Below, one piece after another: positions 1-13,853 of a stretch of DNA of 64,000 nucleotides (the stretch's first letter is position 1; every line of letters begins with the position of its first letter). The notes beneath the pieces were generated by a model. It saw nothing but the letters and a program-made list of their open reading frames with translations, ran no database searches and was not told the origin of the DNA. A program made the translations under genes and the position numbers. Source of the stretch: Raillietiella orientalis (lineage: Eukaryota); contig JAYWIR010000004.1 of NCBI GenBank assembly GCA_036172245.1, positions 6,014,001-6,078,000 of the forward strand, read 5' to 3'.

Positions 1-149
1 CATTGTTCGAATGCTGCAGAGCCACCTCGCATGCACCTCGAGCATACTTGGAACCGGAATCGACCGAGATCTGTCTCCGGATCACGACGTCAGCTTCGGT
101 TGGCACAAAAGACCACCTGCCGCAGAAAAGAAGGGAGATGAAGGGGAAG

Positions 150-560
150 AAAGATGTCGCCACGGCCAGAGACTTTCTGGTGTCTCGTCTCCCCTGAGAA
201 GGAGACCTTCTCTCGGCTTCCCCTCCCAGAAATGCAATCCTCTCCCGAGACCCCCTGCTCTTCCGCGCACGCACAATGGTCGGCCTCTTCTAAAAAGCTC
301 CACACCTCACGGTCGTCCGCGCCACTGCTGCAAAGAAGAGGGGAAACTCCAGGGGTTCGGCCTCAACACCCAACACCCCTCCCACCCTTCCCCTTACTCG
401 GCGAACCTTCTCCTTGCAATGGGAACGCGAGTTCGATATGGGATGAACAGAAGAAGCAGCAAAAGATGGCGAAGAAAGGGAGAGCAGCGCACACAGCCCA
501 AAGGCTCCGCCCAACTGAGTGGACAGGTTCTCTTCTGGAAGCCGAGGTAAGGGCGAGTGT
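150..560 (+). mobile_element. Possible decayed non-LTR reverse transcriptase fragment (GC-rich)
   Basis: Faint motifs in expected order: *EGDLLSAS near 195 (RQGDPLS-like) and GKLQGFGL...PYSANLLLAMG near 340-423 (YADDLLL-like); GC content resembles the 51-64 kb fragments. Confidence 0.3.
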
Positions 561-3247
561 GACGTCTCCCGTGTTGCCCTCGGATGGTTCGGGTGGATCC
601 AGCTATGCTGAACACGGTTTCCACACCGCGCCTCGGCCCAGTCAGTGCAGTGGGCTGAACGATCGAGATGCGGATCGAGCAGCCACCGCAACGAAAGCTG
701 AAAAGGAGCACCCAAGACCTCCCCGAGAACAGGGACGACGGTGCGGGCTCTGGGACCACCTCGAACTGTGCGGACCCCGAACCGCTCTGTTCGCGGCGTG
801 CCCCTTTCCCAGAAACCTTACGAGTCGGGCATTTCCCGACGACCAGAACGTTCGCACTCCCCTTTCGATCTCTCCGAAACGCATACGGCAAAGGCATCTG
901 AGGTTCCTCCTGGAAAAGGAGAAACTAGGAACACTCTAATCGCTTCGTTCCTCCCTGACGGAGTTTACTCTTGTGCCCTTTCGGACCGTTCGTGGAAGGA
1001 GGACGGGGACGAACGCATGCCCCACTTCACTCCGGAATTTGCTGGAGTTGCAGCCAGGCTAAGAGTAGTTGTTGCTCGCTGAGTAGCGGCGAATCTGCCG
1101 CTTCTGTCGAGCGACGCCTCGCGTGGAAACCGAATAAATGAAAGCGCTTAAGATACCACGTGCAGACCACTTGCTGAAGAAACGGAGCCTCCGGGAACTG
1201 AATCAAGTCAGACCGAGTACCGAGCTCCAGTGAAACTCAACTCTCATTGAGGTCGATCCGGGATCAATGGAACGAAATCCCATTGTTTTAAGAATTCCCT
1301 TTACGTGCAGAGATACTCCTCCTTTCGACATATCTTTAATTTGCTTGTCTTGACTTCCGTTTCCATTTCTTCTTCAACCTGCTTCGTTGATCCAGAATGC
1401 TCGCGCTGATGCTATGCGAAATCGATAGCTTTCATCTTGGCTTCTGGGAAATTATCATTCTCGGAAGTTCCCGATGCAAAGCGAAAAGACTGGTGGTAAC
1501 CAGGCATCAGACGGCCTGGTTAATGAAAGTCCACAATTGATGAGCCTGTGATAAACCAGACGAGTGTCGGAGCGAAAAGCTCCTCCTTGTATCTGTACCT
1601 TTGGGCCGGGAGAAGACATCCATTGCAATCTTCTGGAGTGCGAGCAATCAGCACTGCACATGGATCACGTGTTACAAAGTCCAGCGTGTCTCCTGCAAAG
1701 GCATCCTTTCCAACGATTCCCGGGTACTTAACAAGCACCAAAAAAAAGTCAAAAGTCGCTATCACTCCCTCCTCCCCTTCACTGTTTCTGCACCTCGTCT
1801 CAATACGTAATCTTTGGTGAATTTCATGAGCTGCATGGTCGTTCGCTGAACAGTCCTCTGACACAAAGTAGCCAACATAAACACTTCCTGGTTATTCAGG
1901 TCACATCCTAATTATTCAAATCAATTATGTATCAATGTTCATGAATGACATCCTCTGATTAAGTCACAAATCTCGATGAGTTGTGTCTTTTGCAAAAGCG
2001 CCGTATACCTTCACCTTTCAAGTCTTCCTTTGACACTTTTTTTTGCAAAAACACAAGGTTCAGACAGAAATGCCAATATTATTTCCGTCGACATCCAAAT
2101 TTATCCTTAAATCTGGATTCGTTTGCATTTCTCAAACTTCTTGCTCCAGATACAATGTTTCTGCTTCCTCTTCATCAGCCTGCATTCCCATCGAATAGAA
2201 GATGAGTCTAACATGAAATGACCATGAATTTTTGAATCCATCCGATTTCCAAGGTTTCAAAAATGTTCTCAGTTCCTTCTCTTGCAGATCATTAGCAAGC
2301 CTCTTGTTTTCGTAGAGTGTGCAAATACCTCAGCCATTTTGTTAGCTCATTTGTAATTGCATAGGAAATATTATCTAGCACTCTGACCAGCTACTATCAA
2401 CTTTTCGTCATCGTCTTGATGCACATGAACTACCACGCAATCTAACATAAGATCTTGAAAATACAAAACATCACTGCAATATTCGACAAAGAATACAACT
2501 CTAACTTGAACCATTCCGTAAAGTTCTTCTCAAGTACTGCATAGTGGAAAACTAAACAGAAATTCGTTTTCTTTTCTCGATGATGCCAATTTTACTGAAT
2601 CTTTTGTGGCGTTCCACGTCACATCTTTGAAAAATACATCACAAACACATGTGCACATCACAAAGGTTAGTGTGCACCACCTTTTCAAGTGCACACTAAT
2701 ATGACCCCTTACATCTTACACAGTGCGATAATACAATCGATGTACACGCTTCTTATCAAGTCATTATTTAATATTCACTGAATAGGAAGTTTGTTTTACA
2801 TCATGCCATCTATCTAATATCCGAAACTTTGTTCTTTGAAAACATCTTCCAGACATTCAAAGTTTAAAGGATAATTAAAGGTAAAAGATATTTCAGATTC
2901 TGAGCTTATTCTTCATTTTTCACTAATCAACTGATTGCTACCATACCTACAATGTCCTCGTACCACTACACTGGTTTTCTTCTTGTGCACTGATTTGCTT
3001 GTGTGGATTTTCAAGTATTGGGGATTCTATTTCCAAATCATTCTAAGCGGAAGATTTTTTGTCTTTTCGCGAATTGTTTAAAATTATCGGGATTTGATCC
3101 ATAAAGTGTTACAAGCTTAGAGACAAAAACCTTGCATAATTTGAGTTATAGGCATCGAAAAAATGAGCGCACGAAACTTTGTCTAGCACTGGATATGTCG
3201 TAGTAATTGCAAGGCATCCACAAATCAACACATATTCGATGCAATCT

Positions 3248-3271
3248 TATGGAACATAGCTATGTTCCATA
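3248..3271. repeat. Perfect 24-bp palindrome
   Basis: TATGGAACATAGCTATGTTCCATA equals its own reverse complement. Confidence 0.95.
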
Positions 3272-5939
3272 TGCTCCCTAATGTAAAAGAGATTTTGTTG
3301 AAACAGCGCATAGAAGCAAAATTCCAGTGAATTCATTCTATACTAATGAAAATTATTAAAAGTACATAAGGAGAAAAAAATTCCCGAGGATTTCGTGAAG
3401 CAACTCAAAAATGTAATCGCGCATGAAAAATGTTCATACATGATCTTGATCAAGATTGGATTTGCATCTACGGAATCAAAATAACAACATAAGTAAATCG
3501 AAGAACTGGAGAAGATTTTCAAGGCTTCTCGTTCGTACGTGTGTGTGTTTTTCAGGGATGTAAAAATGAAGTTACGAGCATACCACCGATCTCTCGATTC
3601 AATATGATTTGAATTCAGAGAATCTAATTGTTTCCACGTCGTAGTCAATTTAGCAACTTATAAAAGTATTTTTTTAATTACTACGATGACCTACAGAAGC
3701 TTAACATTGAGCATTTGGGACTCGAGAATCAGACTATCTGATACAACTGATGACACGGATACATAAAACACTGTATCACAGAGCATTCGGTAACAAAAGC
3801 ATGAATCCTACTTGCTATGTATTCCATATACGTTCAGTGAGAATGAAGATAAAAGCAAATGAGCTTCCACTCTGATCAATCAAGGTATTCAGACACACTG
3901 GAAAGTAAGTAGTCCTAAAGAAATCAAGAAAATAATTGATCTCTATCTTACAGAAAGTTGACCGAATTCGACAACTGACCGAAAATCATTATCTAGTCTC
4001 ATCTGAAGCTCAAGAAACAACGTTTAAGCCGACCAAATCTGGGTAAATACATTTAACTATGTAAACAGTAGAAAAACACCACAATTTTGGAAAATATTCC
4101 AATTATGATTTATGCTTTTACAAAAAAAAAAAAATAACATTCATGGAAAAGCGCTAAGGAATCGACGGCTGATTTTCCAGCGCCAGGGGTTCTTGCTCGT
4201 ATGTGTCATTCGAAAATTTGAATGATGAAATGGATTTCTCATCACATAAAATCGCGAATGTAATCGCACACTGATACAGGAAAGCAATATAAATTTTTTT
4301 AACTGATTTCAATCAAGGCATTAAGAAACCAATTGGTTTCAAGAATAAAAGGGCATCAACAAAACGAGGTTTCTAGTAAAGTACAATAAAATTTATGAAC
4401 AAGATCAAAAAAGATGAAACGATTATTTTGATTAAAAAAATCAGAAATTAACTGCTCATGAATACCAATACTTCGTTAATCTTGCACACGAATTGCACTG
4501 TCTGGCTAATACTACTCTAATATCATTAGATTACGTTGTCTTTCACATATAAGAGTACAAGAGCGATAATAAAGGACATACGGAAAAGAAGCCTTATACA
4601 CTACATTAAAATACTGAATTATTACCGTATTCTAATTGTATAATACAAATTCAGAAGAGACTCCGCAAAAACAATAGATATATACGAAAAGGGAAGCAGA
4701 AAAGGATACATCACCTTCTCTGTAAATTTCTGAAAATGGACTTTCCAAAAACAAGCTTTTAGGAAATACAAAACGAAATCTTCAGCAAAATTTAGATAAA
4801 TTCCAAACATCGCAAATTCTGGAACAGTAACAAACAAAAACTCTAAAGAAGCATGAAATAAAGGTTTTGTAACCACTGATACAGGGACCAAAAATTAAAA
4901 ACTGGTTTGGTCCATATTAGTACGACATAAACCGTTTTACAGTTTAATCATTTAATAAGTAAAATGAAGCAAAATATCCACCACGTCAGCAGTCATTGCA
5001 ATATTTGTTGATTTTTTTTTCTTGGATGGGAGTTCACATGCCATCATAGTCAAAACGAGCATGGTGGTCTTCATTTAAAGAGTGAAATAATCCAGTTCTT
5101 GAGCTTGAATAACCGACTCATCTGACATGACTACAGAAGTCACTGTCGAATGAGTAAACGTAGAACAAATGGTGGGTGCTACATAAAAGAGAAACCTGAG
5201 GCACACTCCCGGGGACTAAAACCGTACACGTTTCGATCACAAAAACATGCAATTTTGAGAAATTCCAAATGGATTACAGTTACGATAGGCGTGAATTGAG
5301 ATCTGTACGACTGATACAAAAATATTCCTGAAAAATAGTCTCCTTCTATGAAACGAGATCGCAAATCAAAGGGTTCTCTTCTACCTTACTGACTGAATCT
5401 TAGAGAAAACAGAGAAAGCTACAGACATGCCCTGAATTAACTGCTAGAAACTTCAGCAAAGCAATTAAAGCAGATAATAGTAGTAACAAGAATCATCCCA
5501 CGATTAGTTATCGGCAAAGAAAGCATCTTCGCGTTACACCAACCGTACAGCTTCATTAGCGTTTTCACACCGATCGCACACTGAAAACGATGACGCGATT
5601 GGAAGCACATTCTCTACCATTACTTCAAAGGTTGACTATATGCTTGAAACGGCATTGGTTTAGTTGGTAATATGTACACATGGTTTCAACTAAACTGTTT
5701 GCACACAGAAAGGAAAACAAAACTATTGCGAAGTGTCTGTTCAATGGAAACACAATAAGCGTCCACTTCGGAGAACAAATATTCTATTGAGGACGTTATG
5801 ATGTAAACATGTAACGTGCATAATCATGACACAATAATTAGGAAACGTAAGACCAAAACGAGTGTCCATGGAATCGACCTATGTGGTTTAAAACTAGTCG
5901 TGGTTCGATGCAGAACTTGCAAAATTTCAACTATTCAAT

Positions 5940-5966
5940 AAAAAAAAAAAAAAAAAAAAAAAAAAA
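5940..5966 (+). repeat. Poly(A) run, 27 nt
   Basis: uninterrupted A tract downstream of NudC. Confidence 0.9.
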
Positions 5967-6148
5967 CTATGCATGCTAGTTCGTTTATCGATGGGACTCC
6001 ACAGTCCATTTCTTCATCACTTTTTGAGTAGGGATGCTACTAAAACTATGCCTTTGCCAATTGTCGGAACCATACACAGGTTTACACTGTGGCGAACTTT
6101 TTTATACTTGGGATTTGCGATTCTTTGAAACAATAAAATTTGCGTACA

Positions 6149-6154
6149 TTTATT
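6149..6154 (-). promoter_or_regulatory. Candidate polyadenylation signal for NudC
   Basis: AATAAA on the minus strand about 270 nt past the stop; overlapping AATAAA copies also lie at 6412-6421 just after the stop. Common by chance in AT-rich DNA. Confidence 0.3.
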
Positions 6155-6427
6155 CTAATGATTTTCCCCTTAGTTGCTATTTTTTCACACCAATTTCCCT
6201 TAAAAAAAAAAAAAAACCCTGTCTTACATATAATTTTTACCATTTACATCAAAACAATTAAAAATGCACTTAGCAAAACAGAAACAGTTTTTCCCTTTCC
6301 GAGTGACTTGATTCCGTTGATACGAATAAATGTAATGATGGAATAGAAAACACAACAGGGTGCTAGATTGCATTCCCAGGACAACAGTCCAAATGAAGAT
6401 TTTAGAAAAATTTTATTTATTTCCACA

Positions 6428-6479
6428 TCAAGAAAACTTGCACTTTGAGAAATCCATCTCTGGATGTTGCTCCATAAAT
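6428..6479 (-). CDS. nudC: NudC coding exon 7 (52 nt, includes stop)
   Basis: TTTTAG acceptor; (K)[19 protein letters not shown] at 6430-6428. Confidence 0.93.
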
Positions 6480-9400
6480 CTAAAATGGTGAAACACAGGT
6501 GTATATTTACGGTAAACGCTTAGATTAGAAATCTATAGCTGTAAACCATCAACCAAATCTCAAATGCTAGTGGAATAATTCAAATTCACTAGCCATTTCA
6601 ATTTTTTCTCACACAAAATACATTTACCGCGGTAACGTCTGTAACAAGAGTAATGTAAACACGGCAACGCGTGGGTACCGAGTTCTACGAATTCAATATG
6701 ACACAACGGGCAAAACACAAAATTTGCATTGCTTTCCAAATATCGCACAAATAAAATATATCTAAAATCAATTGTTTCCGTAGTTTCACCTACTTTTTGA
6801 GAACGTCCTGTTTCTTTTGATCCTCCGATGTTGGCAACCCTAACTCACGCTGCCTTTGATCGTACATCATTTTTTCCACGAGGCCTCGAGTCTCTCCATC
6901 CAAATCCGATAACTTCGATGTTTCTGGGTTGACTTTTCTGGTATTAATTTCTGGATCTGATGTGACCAAACGATTCCACCATTCCATTTTATTGACCTGC
7001 AAGTCAAATTATCCCAGAAAAACATGAAAATAGGTTTTACTTTATCCATGCTAATTAGCAGAGTTTTACGATCTTGAAGACACCAGGTAGACTCTTCTAT
7101 TTTAATCTCGTTACACAATTCTCCGTCAATGATAGGATCCTGATTTCTCAAACCCACTTTTAAGTGTTTTTTTTGAAATTCCACCACAATATCTTTGGCG
7201 CGGATTTGGAATGGAACTTTCAGGGGCACTCTTAACTGATATATATGAAAAAAGAAAATTCACACATTTCAAAGGTACAAGCTATCCAGCTGGTGTTTGC
7301 TGGTATCGATTTTTATTTGACTTTTGCTTAAAAGAGCTAAAGAAATCATCCAATGTTCGCAAAATTGCAATAATCGAGTTATTTCTTATAAATGAAAAAT
7401 AATAACATTGAAAATGGATTAATAAATACAAACTCAATAATAACAATTAACTATCAAATAATGAATTGTATTACAGCCTACCAAGACATTCAGAAAGCAA
7501 AGAAATATGGACTGGCTTCACAGATGCTCAGAGTTGACAACTTATGATCGATGTTATATCTTTTGCTTTTTTCAATAAATGCAAAACTTAAACTAAAATT
7601 TAAATCACAAATAAACCTAATTGAAATCGTTGATAGATTTCGACGAGCATCAACTTCACAAATCCGACACGAATTCTCAACAAAACCGCAAAATATTTAA
7701 TGTCTACGTAGTCTAAAAGAAAAAAATGCAAAGCTGTGACTATAAAATGATGAACGAAATAACTGAGGAGAATTTCGAACTCACTGGGCTCTTGCTAACT
7801 GAATCAAATTAATAAGCAATTCAATTCATAAGATCAAAATAGAATTCGGTCCAGAAAGGAAACAAATGAGTACGCATAAGGAAACATTCCAAAATATGAA
7901 ATGGAAAATGCATCCTTTGAAAGATGGTGGAATCTTTAGGATTAAATAAATGCAATCCATGAATGAATAATGGTGCAACCCTGACTATCAAATACATGCA
8001 ATCCTGACATATCTTTCCCAAGGAACACAGCGACGGAATGCTGCTGATGGATTTTTGTTTACCTCAATCAGAACAAGTTTGTACTTCTCCTGTCCATGAC
8101 AGAGGACTTTCGTTCAAAGGCATTCTCAAGAGCAAACACTGCCGTCAAGATTTTCTTGAGCTGTTGCAGAACGTTACGAATGAAAGACTAGGAAGCTTCT
8201 GGCAACGGATAACCCTATTCTAATTACTGCGATGTTTTTCCGATCTCAATAGTATTATCTTTAATGAGGTGAGTTACCTTCTTGTAATATGGCTCGTAAT
8301 ACGGCTGAATACGACAGAGCAAAGGTCGAAGACATGCCGCATTGTCAGGATGCCTACTTTCAATGCTGTAGCCTTGACTGTGAGTGATTTTCTAGTATCC
8401 TCTTCAAACAAAGAAAATTGCTTACAAAATCAAGAAACACAACCGTAGATCCACAAGCAATTAATATGGCAGAAATAGCCCAGTAGCTTTTAGAATTGCA
8501 CTTGAAATCCTGACGTTTTTTTTTTTCTTTAGTGATCAAGTACACAGTCTTCGTTTTCTTTACGGAAAAAAATCCGAAATCTTTCAATCACTGCAATGAC
8601 TGAGTGTTTTCTCCGAATGTTTGATGCTGTTTACACTTTTTCCATTTACAGTGACATATTACTGAGCTGAGTTAAAAGCCACTTAAAACGATAAAATGTA
8701 AGAAGCGGGTGTATCTATTAAATTACTTCGAGATTCTCGATTAAACTAATGATTAAAAAATTTCTAAATAATTACTAAAAAAAAAAATCAACCACCTACT
8801 TTGTGTCAATGGATTTGCAAAAATGACCAACGACTGATATTTTAAAAATTTCGATTACATAATTTCGCATTGATTTTTATGTAATTTCGAATTATCGAAA
8901 AAACTGCAGCATACAAATGAAACTGTTTTTGTCAGATAGAAAAAAAATATTCCCGTAATTTATTTTTTATCACTATCGATTTCATTTGAAGGTCGGAATA
9001 TCTTTTCTAAAAATAGAGTAGTACACTGACACACGCATTCATCGAAAGTGTATAAGCCTGGAGGTGATTTTCTTGACATCAGATCCGAAAGTCAACAGGG
9101 AAACAAACAGCATTCCACCAATCTATGGTCAAGCGCTCACGTTGAGAGCTTGCTCAGTAAATGCTACCGGGAGTTTTCTCGCTTCTCATGGAAATGGAGG
9201 TGAAAACAACGATTCCTGTTCAAAAAACAGTAAGTACTGGAAAGTTATTATTCGTTGCTTATGTGAAAGCGCATTAATTCAAGAAAATACGATGCGATAA
9301 TTGCGAATATAAAAAATTTGACTATGATAGTCATGTCACATAATAACCACAAACGGGTTCGATAAACATCGGACTATAACAGCCTCACGACCGCAATCGG

Positions 9401-11020
9401 ACACGCAGATTATGGTGATCTTTATATAAATAATTACCATATAAATAATAATAGCATACACCTTATGAAAAAAAATTAATTTTACAATCACGATGAATAA
9501 GCGACTTGGTGAATAAACAAAAAACTTTATGACTTGAAAACGAGATGATCACAATGGATTGAATTCACATTGAATTCTCTGCTTAAATCTAAGCAGGCAA
9601 GCCAATCATTTTAATAGCCATATATTTCGTTTAAAAAATAGATCGAAAAGATGCATTCTGTAAACAGTCTTTCAAACTGGATAGTAATGGCCAAACGAAT
9701 GAATTGTGGAGGGGAAATGTTTACAGAAACTCTTTTAATTGAAAACATATTCAGAGCCTAGAACGTAATTTTATTTAAGTAAAATTTAAACCTTATGTCC
9801 GCTTCTAATGTTACGAAAGCATGAGTTGTACTTTGCAAATATGAACTGAGACACATAATTAACCACTACGTTAATCACGTATCCGCAAACCGTTGTAGAT
9901 TCCATCGGAAAAATGTCAACCCCATCCACTGCTGCGCAATCCAAGCTTCACCCTCTTAATAGGGGTTCAAAAACCACTGCCAAAAACCATGTGCTCCGTA
10001 ACAACTGTCAGTTTGGTTATGTCTTTCCTAATGCTACTAGGTATCGCTAGTCTTATACTATATATGGTATGTATTTTATTTAATTTACGATGTGAATTGA
10101 TTTGCAATTTTTCAGTGCTTTATTTATCCAGGAATTTCCAGTACTTCTTAGCCAAGTTTATCATCAAAAATTAAATTTAAGACATTAAAATTCTGTCAAC
10201 TTGTATGAACAATCTATAAAGCATATCACCATTACTTGAGTTTGGTAATTGAGTGTGTAGAAACAAATTATTATAAAATAGCGTTTATAATGTTTAGTTG
10301 CAAAATACACCGTAAGATAATAAAATTTCAACATTTACCTCGACCTCAGATAGTGTTTGGGTCCAACGATAATTAGGGAGATCACAACCATTGCCAGAAT
10401 TTGGTTTTAATTTTCCTTTATCCTCAGCATCTTCTTCAGACTCATTACCCTTATCATCTTTAGATTCTTCATTCACTTTGACCTTTTTGGTCTTTTCCTT
10501 AAATAACGACCCAGAATAGAATAATTCAGTTTCACAAGTTCTTTACCATATCTATCTGCTGCTGAAGTTTTTCAGCTTCTTCTTCACTTAACTCCTTAAC
10601 TCTAGGTTCATCATCCTCTAATTGCTGCTGCTGCTTATCACGTAACAGTCGTTCTTTGTACTTTCTTTCTTTCTCTTCTAATTCACTTTTTTTGCGATTA
10701 GCCTGCTCCAGAGCAGATTTTTCATACTTCCGAAATTTCTCCATAACTAACTACAAAGAAACTTACAATCACCAAACCATTCACTTGCTTTAAGAGAAAT
10801 AAGTGTGTCAATACCTTTTCAGCTACTCCTGATCCACCACCAGTGTAAAAATCTGTTTTCCTGCATAAGAAGCTGAATATGGTATCCAATAACTAAGCTT
10901 ACTCATGTACATGGATTACATGAACAGCAATGAACTTACATCTTGCACTCCTCCTTCATGCTCCTGTGCCATTGATAGCAAAATGCCATCAAATTTATCA
11001 TCTTGATTAGATTTCACCAT
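6428..11020 (-). CDS. nudC: Nuclear migration protein NudC (Hsp90 co-chaperone, CS/p23 domain); spliced, 7 coding exons, 323 aa
   Basis: complement(join(6428..6479,6794..6996,7041..7235,10339..10497,10547..10750,10815..10892,10940..11020)) = 972 nt, all introns GT-AG, frame consistent. Translation contains NudC hallmarks: [125 protein letters not shown]. Confidence 0.97.
6794..6996 (-). CDS. nudC: NudC coding exon 6 (203 nt)
   Basis: TTGCAG acceptor; [11 protein letters not shown]...QKKQDVLK; phase-2 donor GTAGGT at 6793. Confidence 0.93.
7041..7235 (-). CDS. nudC: NudC coding exon 5 (195 nt, CS domain)
   Basis: pyrimidine tract plus CAG acceptor; [29 protein letters not shown]...LLISMDK; donor GTAAAA at 7040. 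Confidence 0.93.
10339..10497 (-). CDS. nudC: NudC coding exon 4 (159 nt)
   Basis: TTTAAG acceptor (AAG, slightly less certain); [13 protein letters not shown]...[10 protein letters not shown]; donor GTAAAT at 10338. Confidence 0.88.
10547..10750 (-). CDS. nudC: NudC coding exon 3 (204 nt)
   Basis: TTTGTAG acceptor; [11 protein letters not shown]...[20 protein letters not shown]; donor GTAAAG at 10546. Confidence 0.92.
10815..10892 (-). CDS. nudC: NudC coding exon 2 (78 nt)
   Basis: TAG acceptor; [26 protein letters not shown]; donor GTATTG at 10814. Confidence 0.93.
10940..11020 (-). CDS. nudC: NudC coding exon 1 (81 nt)
   Basis: ATG at 11020-11018; [27 protein letters not shown]; donor GTAAGT at 10939. 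Confidence 0.93.
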
Positions 11021-13822
11021 GTTACTCAAATTATTAATATGTAATCACTTATTTCATTTGATAATCGCCTGCTAAAACTTTGCAGCAATTCAATATCCTA
11101 CCAACTTTAAAATAAATGCTATTTATATATGAAGACAGTATTCCAAACTTATATTCACAATATAAAGTTCCCTGAATGTTAATATCAAAAAAATCCAAAA
11201 AATATTGATGCAAGAACTACTTCATAAATTAATTACCAATTTTATTTAAACAACACACTGCAAAATTCCATGAGACAAAAGTCAGTTATAAAAGGGTATT
11301 TACAATCTTATGACAAGAAGCCACTGCACAACATTTCATGAACTCAAAAATAACAGAACATAATTCATACATTCTTGAAATAAGAAACCAGAAACAAAAA
11401 CAGACGAAACTTCACTTATACCACCACTAACATTATAAAGATGAAGGCTTCTCATGATTACGCACACACCTCTCACACTACTTGAGGTTCAAACTGTAAA
11501 TCAATTTGTGTAAAAATAATTACAGAAACCAGTTATCATATCAAAATAAGTAATTACTTTACAGAACTAATTTTTAGATACGATATAATCCATGTAAAAA
11601 TGCTTTATCTGATAATTTAGAATGAATTTCGAAAAACAAAAATTAATTATGAACACAGATCCTGGTTTTTATCTTGATTTGCAAATGAACACACTTAACA
11701 AAAAGTATTTGTTCCAAAGAATTTTCGCAAAAGCTTGTATCACATTAATCTAATTGCTTATAGAACTATTACATCCACCAGTCATTCCATTTGGCTCATA
11801 AACATCAACACTTTTAAGCAAAAAAGTAACACATGCATCAAAAAAGCAAATTTGTTTACTTTAGACAATTTGCCACTTAAGTTCACCAAAAAATTGACAC
11901 TGATGTAAATGAAAACTCCTATCACTCTTTGATGTACAAAGTACATTCATACAAAAATTAAAATCAAACACATGAACACTGCAAATGTTTGCATGCTCAA
12001 AGATAAAATAGCCTTCTGAATTGCTTTCCTAGATTTAAAGCAATAAATGTGAATTTCAAAACATATCTCTCATGCATACCTGAATTCAATCATTCAGGCT
12101 TTCAATACTTCTATATAAACCCTGCATGCAGACATGATTTTGTATGAAAACACACAGGCATACATGCATGTAGCCTACATACATCTACAGAAGACATAAA
12201 TATCTTTCACACTTTTATATTTTAATATGATTGTATAGCACTGTATATATTGCATATACTAATATAATGAAACTTAATATATTACATATATAACTTTCAA
12301 TTATAACCAAAATAAAATAATGTTCCATAGCTTTTGAAACAGCATATCCACATCAATACTGAAAATGTGAAAAAATTAGCATCGAAACTTTAAAACCTTA
12401 ATTAAGCTATCAAGTTACTGTTGAATGAGACTAGGCATTACTACGTTTGCTTACTTGGATGCAAATACTATCAACCGCAAAATACTATTAAAATATTACA
12501 CACCTTCGCTATAACAACAAATTATGAAAACAGTACTTATTTGCTATTTCAGTGTTGAAAGTATGACTGAAAAAATCTTGCTTATGCTAAAGAAACAAGG
12601 TCATTATAAAGAATTAATTTTCACAACTGCATGAAATCCAGTTGTAAAGAAATTTTATGACAAGTAGTTTTATTTTCACATCTTTCGTGAAAAAACAAGC
12701 AAACAAAATTTTGCATTGGAGTAAGTAAGGAAACTTTGGTTTAGGTAGACTGCATTGATAACATAAACTGTGTCAATAAAAGTCAACACGTTATAATGAA
12801 GCACACCAAAATGCAGCTAAAAATATTCATCTGAATGATTTTCATTATAAATTCCCTTAACAGCGCCACATAAAACCCATAATCAGCATCCAGAATGAAC
12901 TTACATTCAATGAATTCATTAGATACATTTAATGACTTTTTATATTAATGCTCGCAAATGATGTAGAATAAACGTAATCAAAGGCATCCCCATGGCTAAT
13001 TATGCCAAATCCTAATGCCACTAGATCATTAACTGAAAATATTAATCCTGAAAACCTATCGCCAATTATGCCGATACTAAAAACTAGTAAATGACAAGAA
13101 ATCTATAAAGCTGTCATAAATTATTTTAGCACATGAACAACATCCAAGAAATTATCTGTGATCCTTATACAACGAAATACATCTAGAACAATGAATGCTT
13201 CCATGTATCCATATCTTCTGCATCATACATCTCCCTATTAAAAATACGCACAGTAATTTCTGTGATACAGTGAAGTGTTATGAAGGATTCTACAAACTAA
13301 TTTAATCAGTATGAATAAAACTGAATTGCCATTCTTTTAGGATTTCACACAGATGAAGATGAATTCATTACTCTATGCTACGACAACACAAAAGTCAAGA
13401 TACAGGATTCATTCGCTACATGAACGTTTTCACTCATGGTAGGTTCATGAACTCCATTTCAGCAGGACTGCTGAGATAAAAACAAAGAAATTGTTGAAAA
13501 TCCAAAAATATATGCATTAACAGCGTAAATACTCAGTGATATTTTGCATCATATTAAATCAATATAGGAAATATAGGAAACAAACCAAGAAAATTAAAGT
13601 TGTTTCGAAATAAAGAAATGGTGGTTGATTTATGAAAATATCTACAAGCCTTAAAAATTTGATTAATCGGATTTTTCCTAAAGTTTTCTCTAAATTCCTT
13701 CAACTAATTGAATATTGTCGTGAATGATGGAACGAAAATCATTTGCTAATTATTATTCAATTTGCAAATTAACAAACACAGCTGAGCAAACTTGACCAAA
13801 TACTCATATGGCTTTCAAGGAA

Positions 13823-13853
13823 TAAAATGGCTTTGTGAAACAAAGCCATTTTA
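13823..13853. repeat. Perfect 14-bp inverted repeat with 3-nt loop
   Basis: TAAAATGGCTTTGT-GAA-ACAAAGCCATTTTA. Confidence 0.95.

Noticed and set aside
154..939. 261-aa ORF, and the many overlapping ORFs at 51-64 kb, as real genes
   Set aside because: Stop-poor GC-rich sequence, low-complexity translations, overlapping in all frames, no family resemblance beyond retroelement remnants.
9905..10060. Intronic H/ACA snoRNA in NudC intron 4
   Set aside because: A weak hairpin followed by ACA exists on the minus strand, but no convincing H box or second hairpin.
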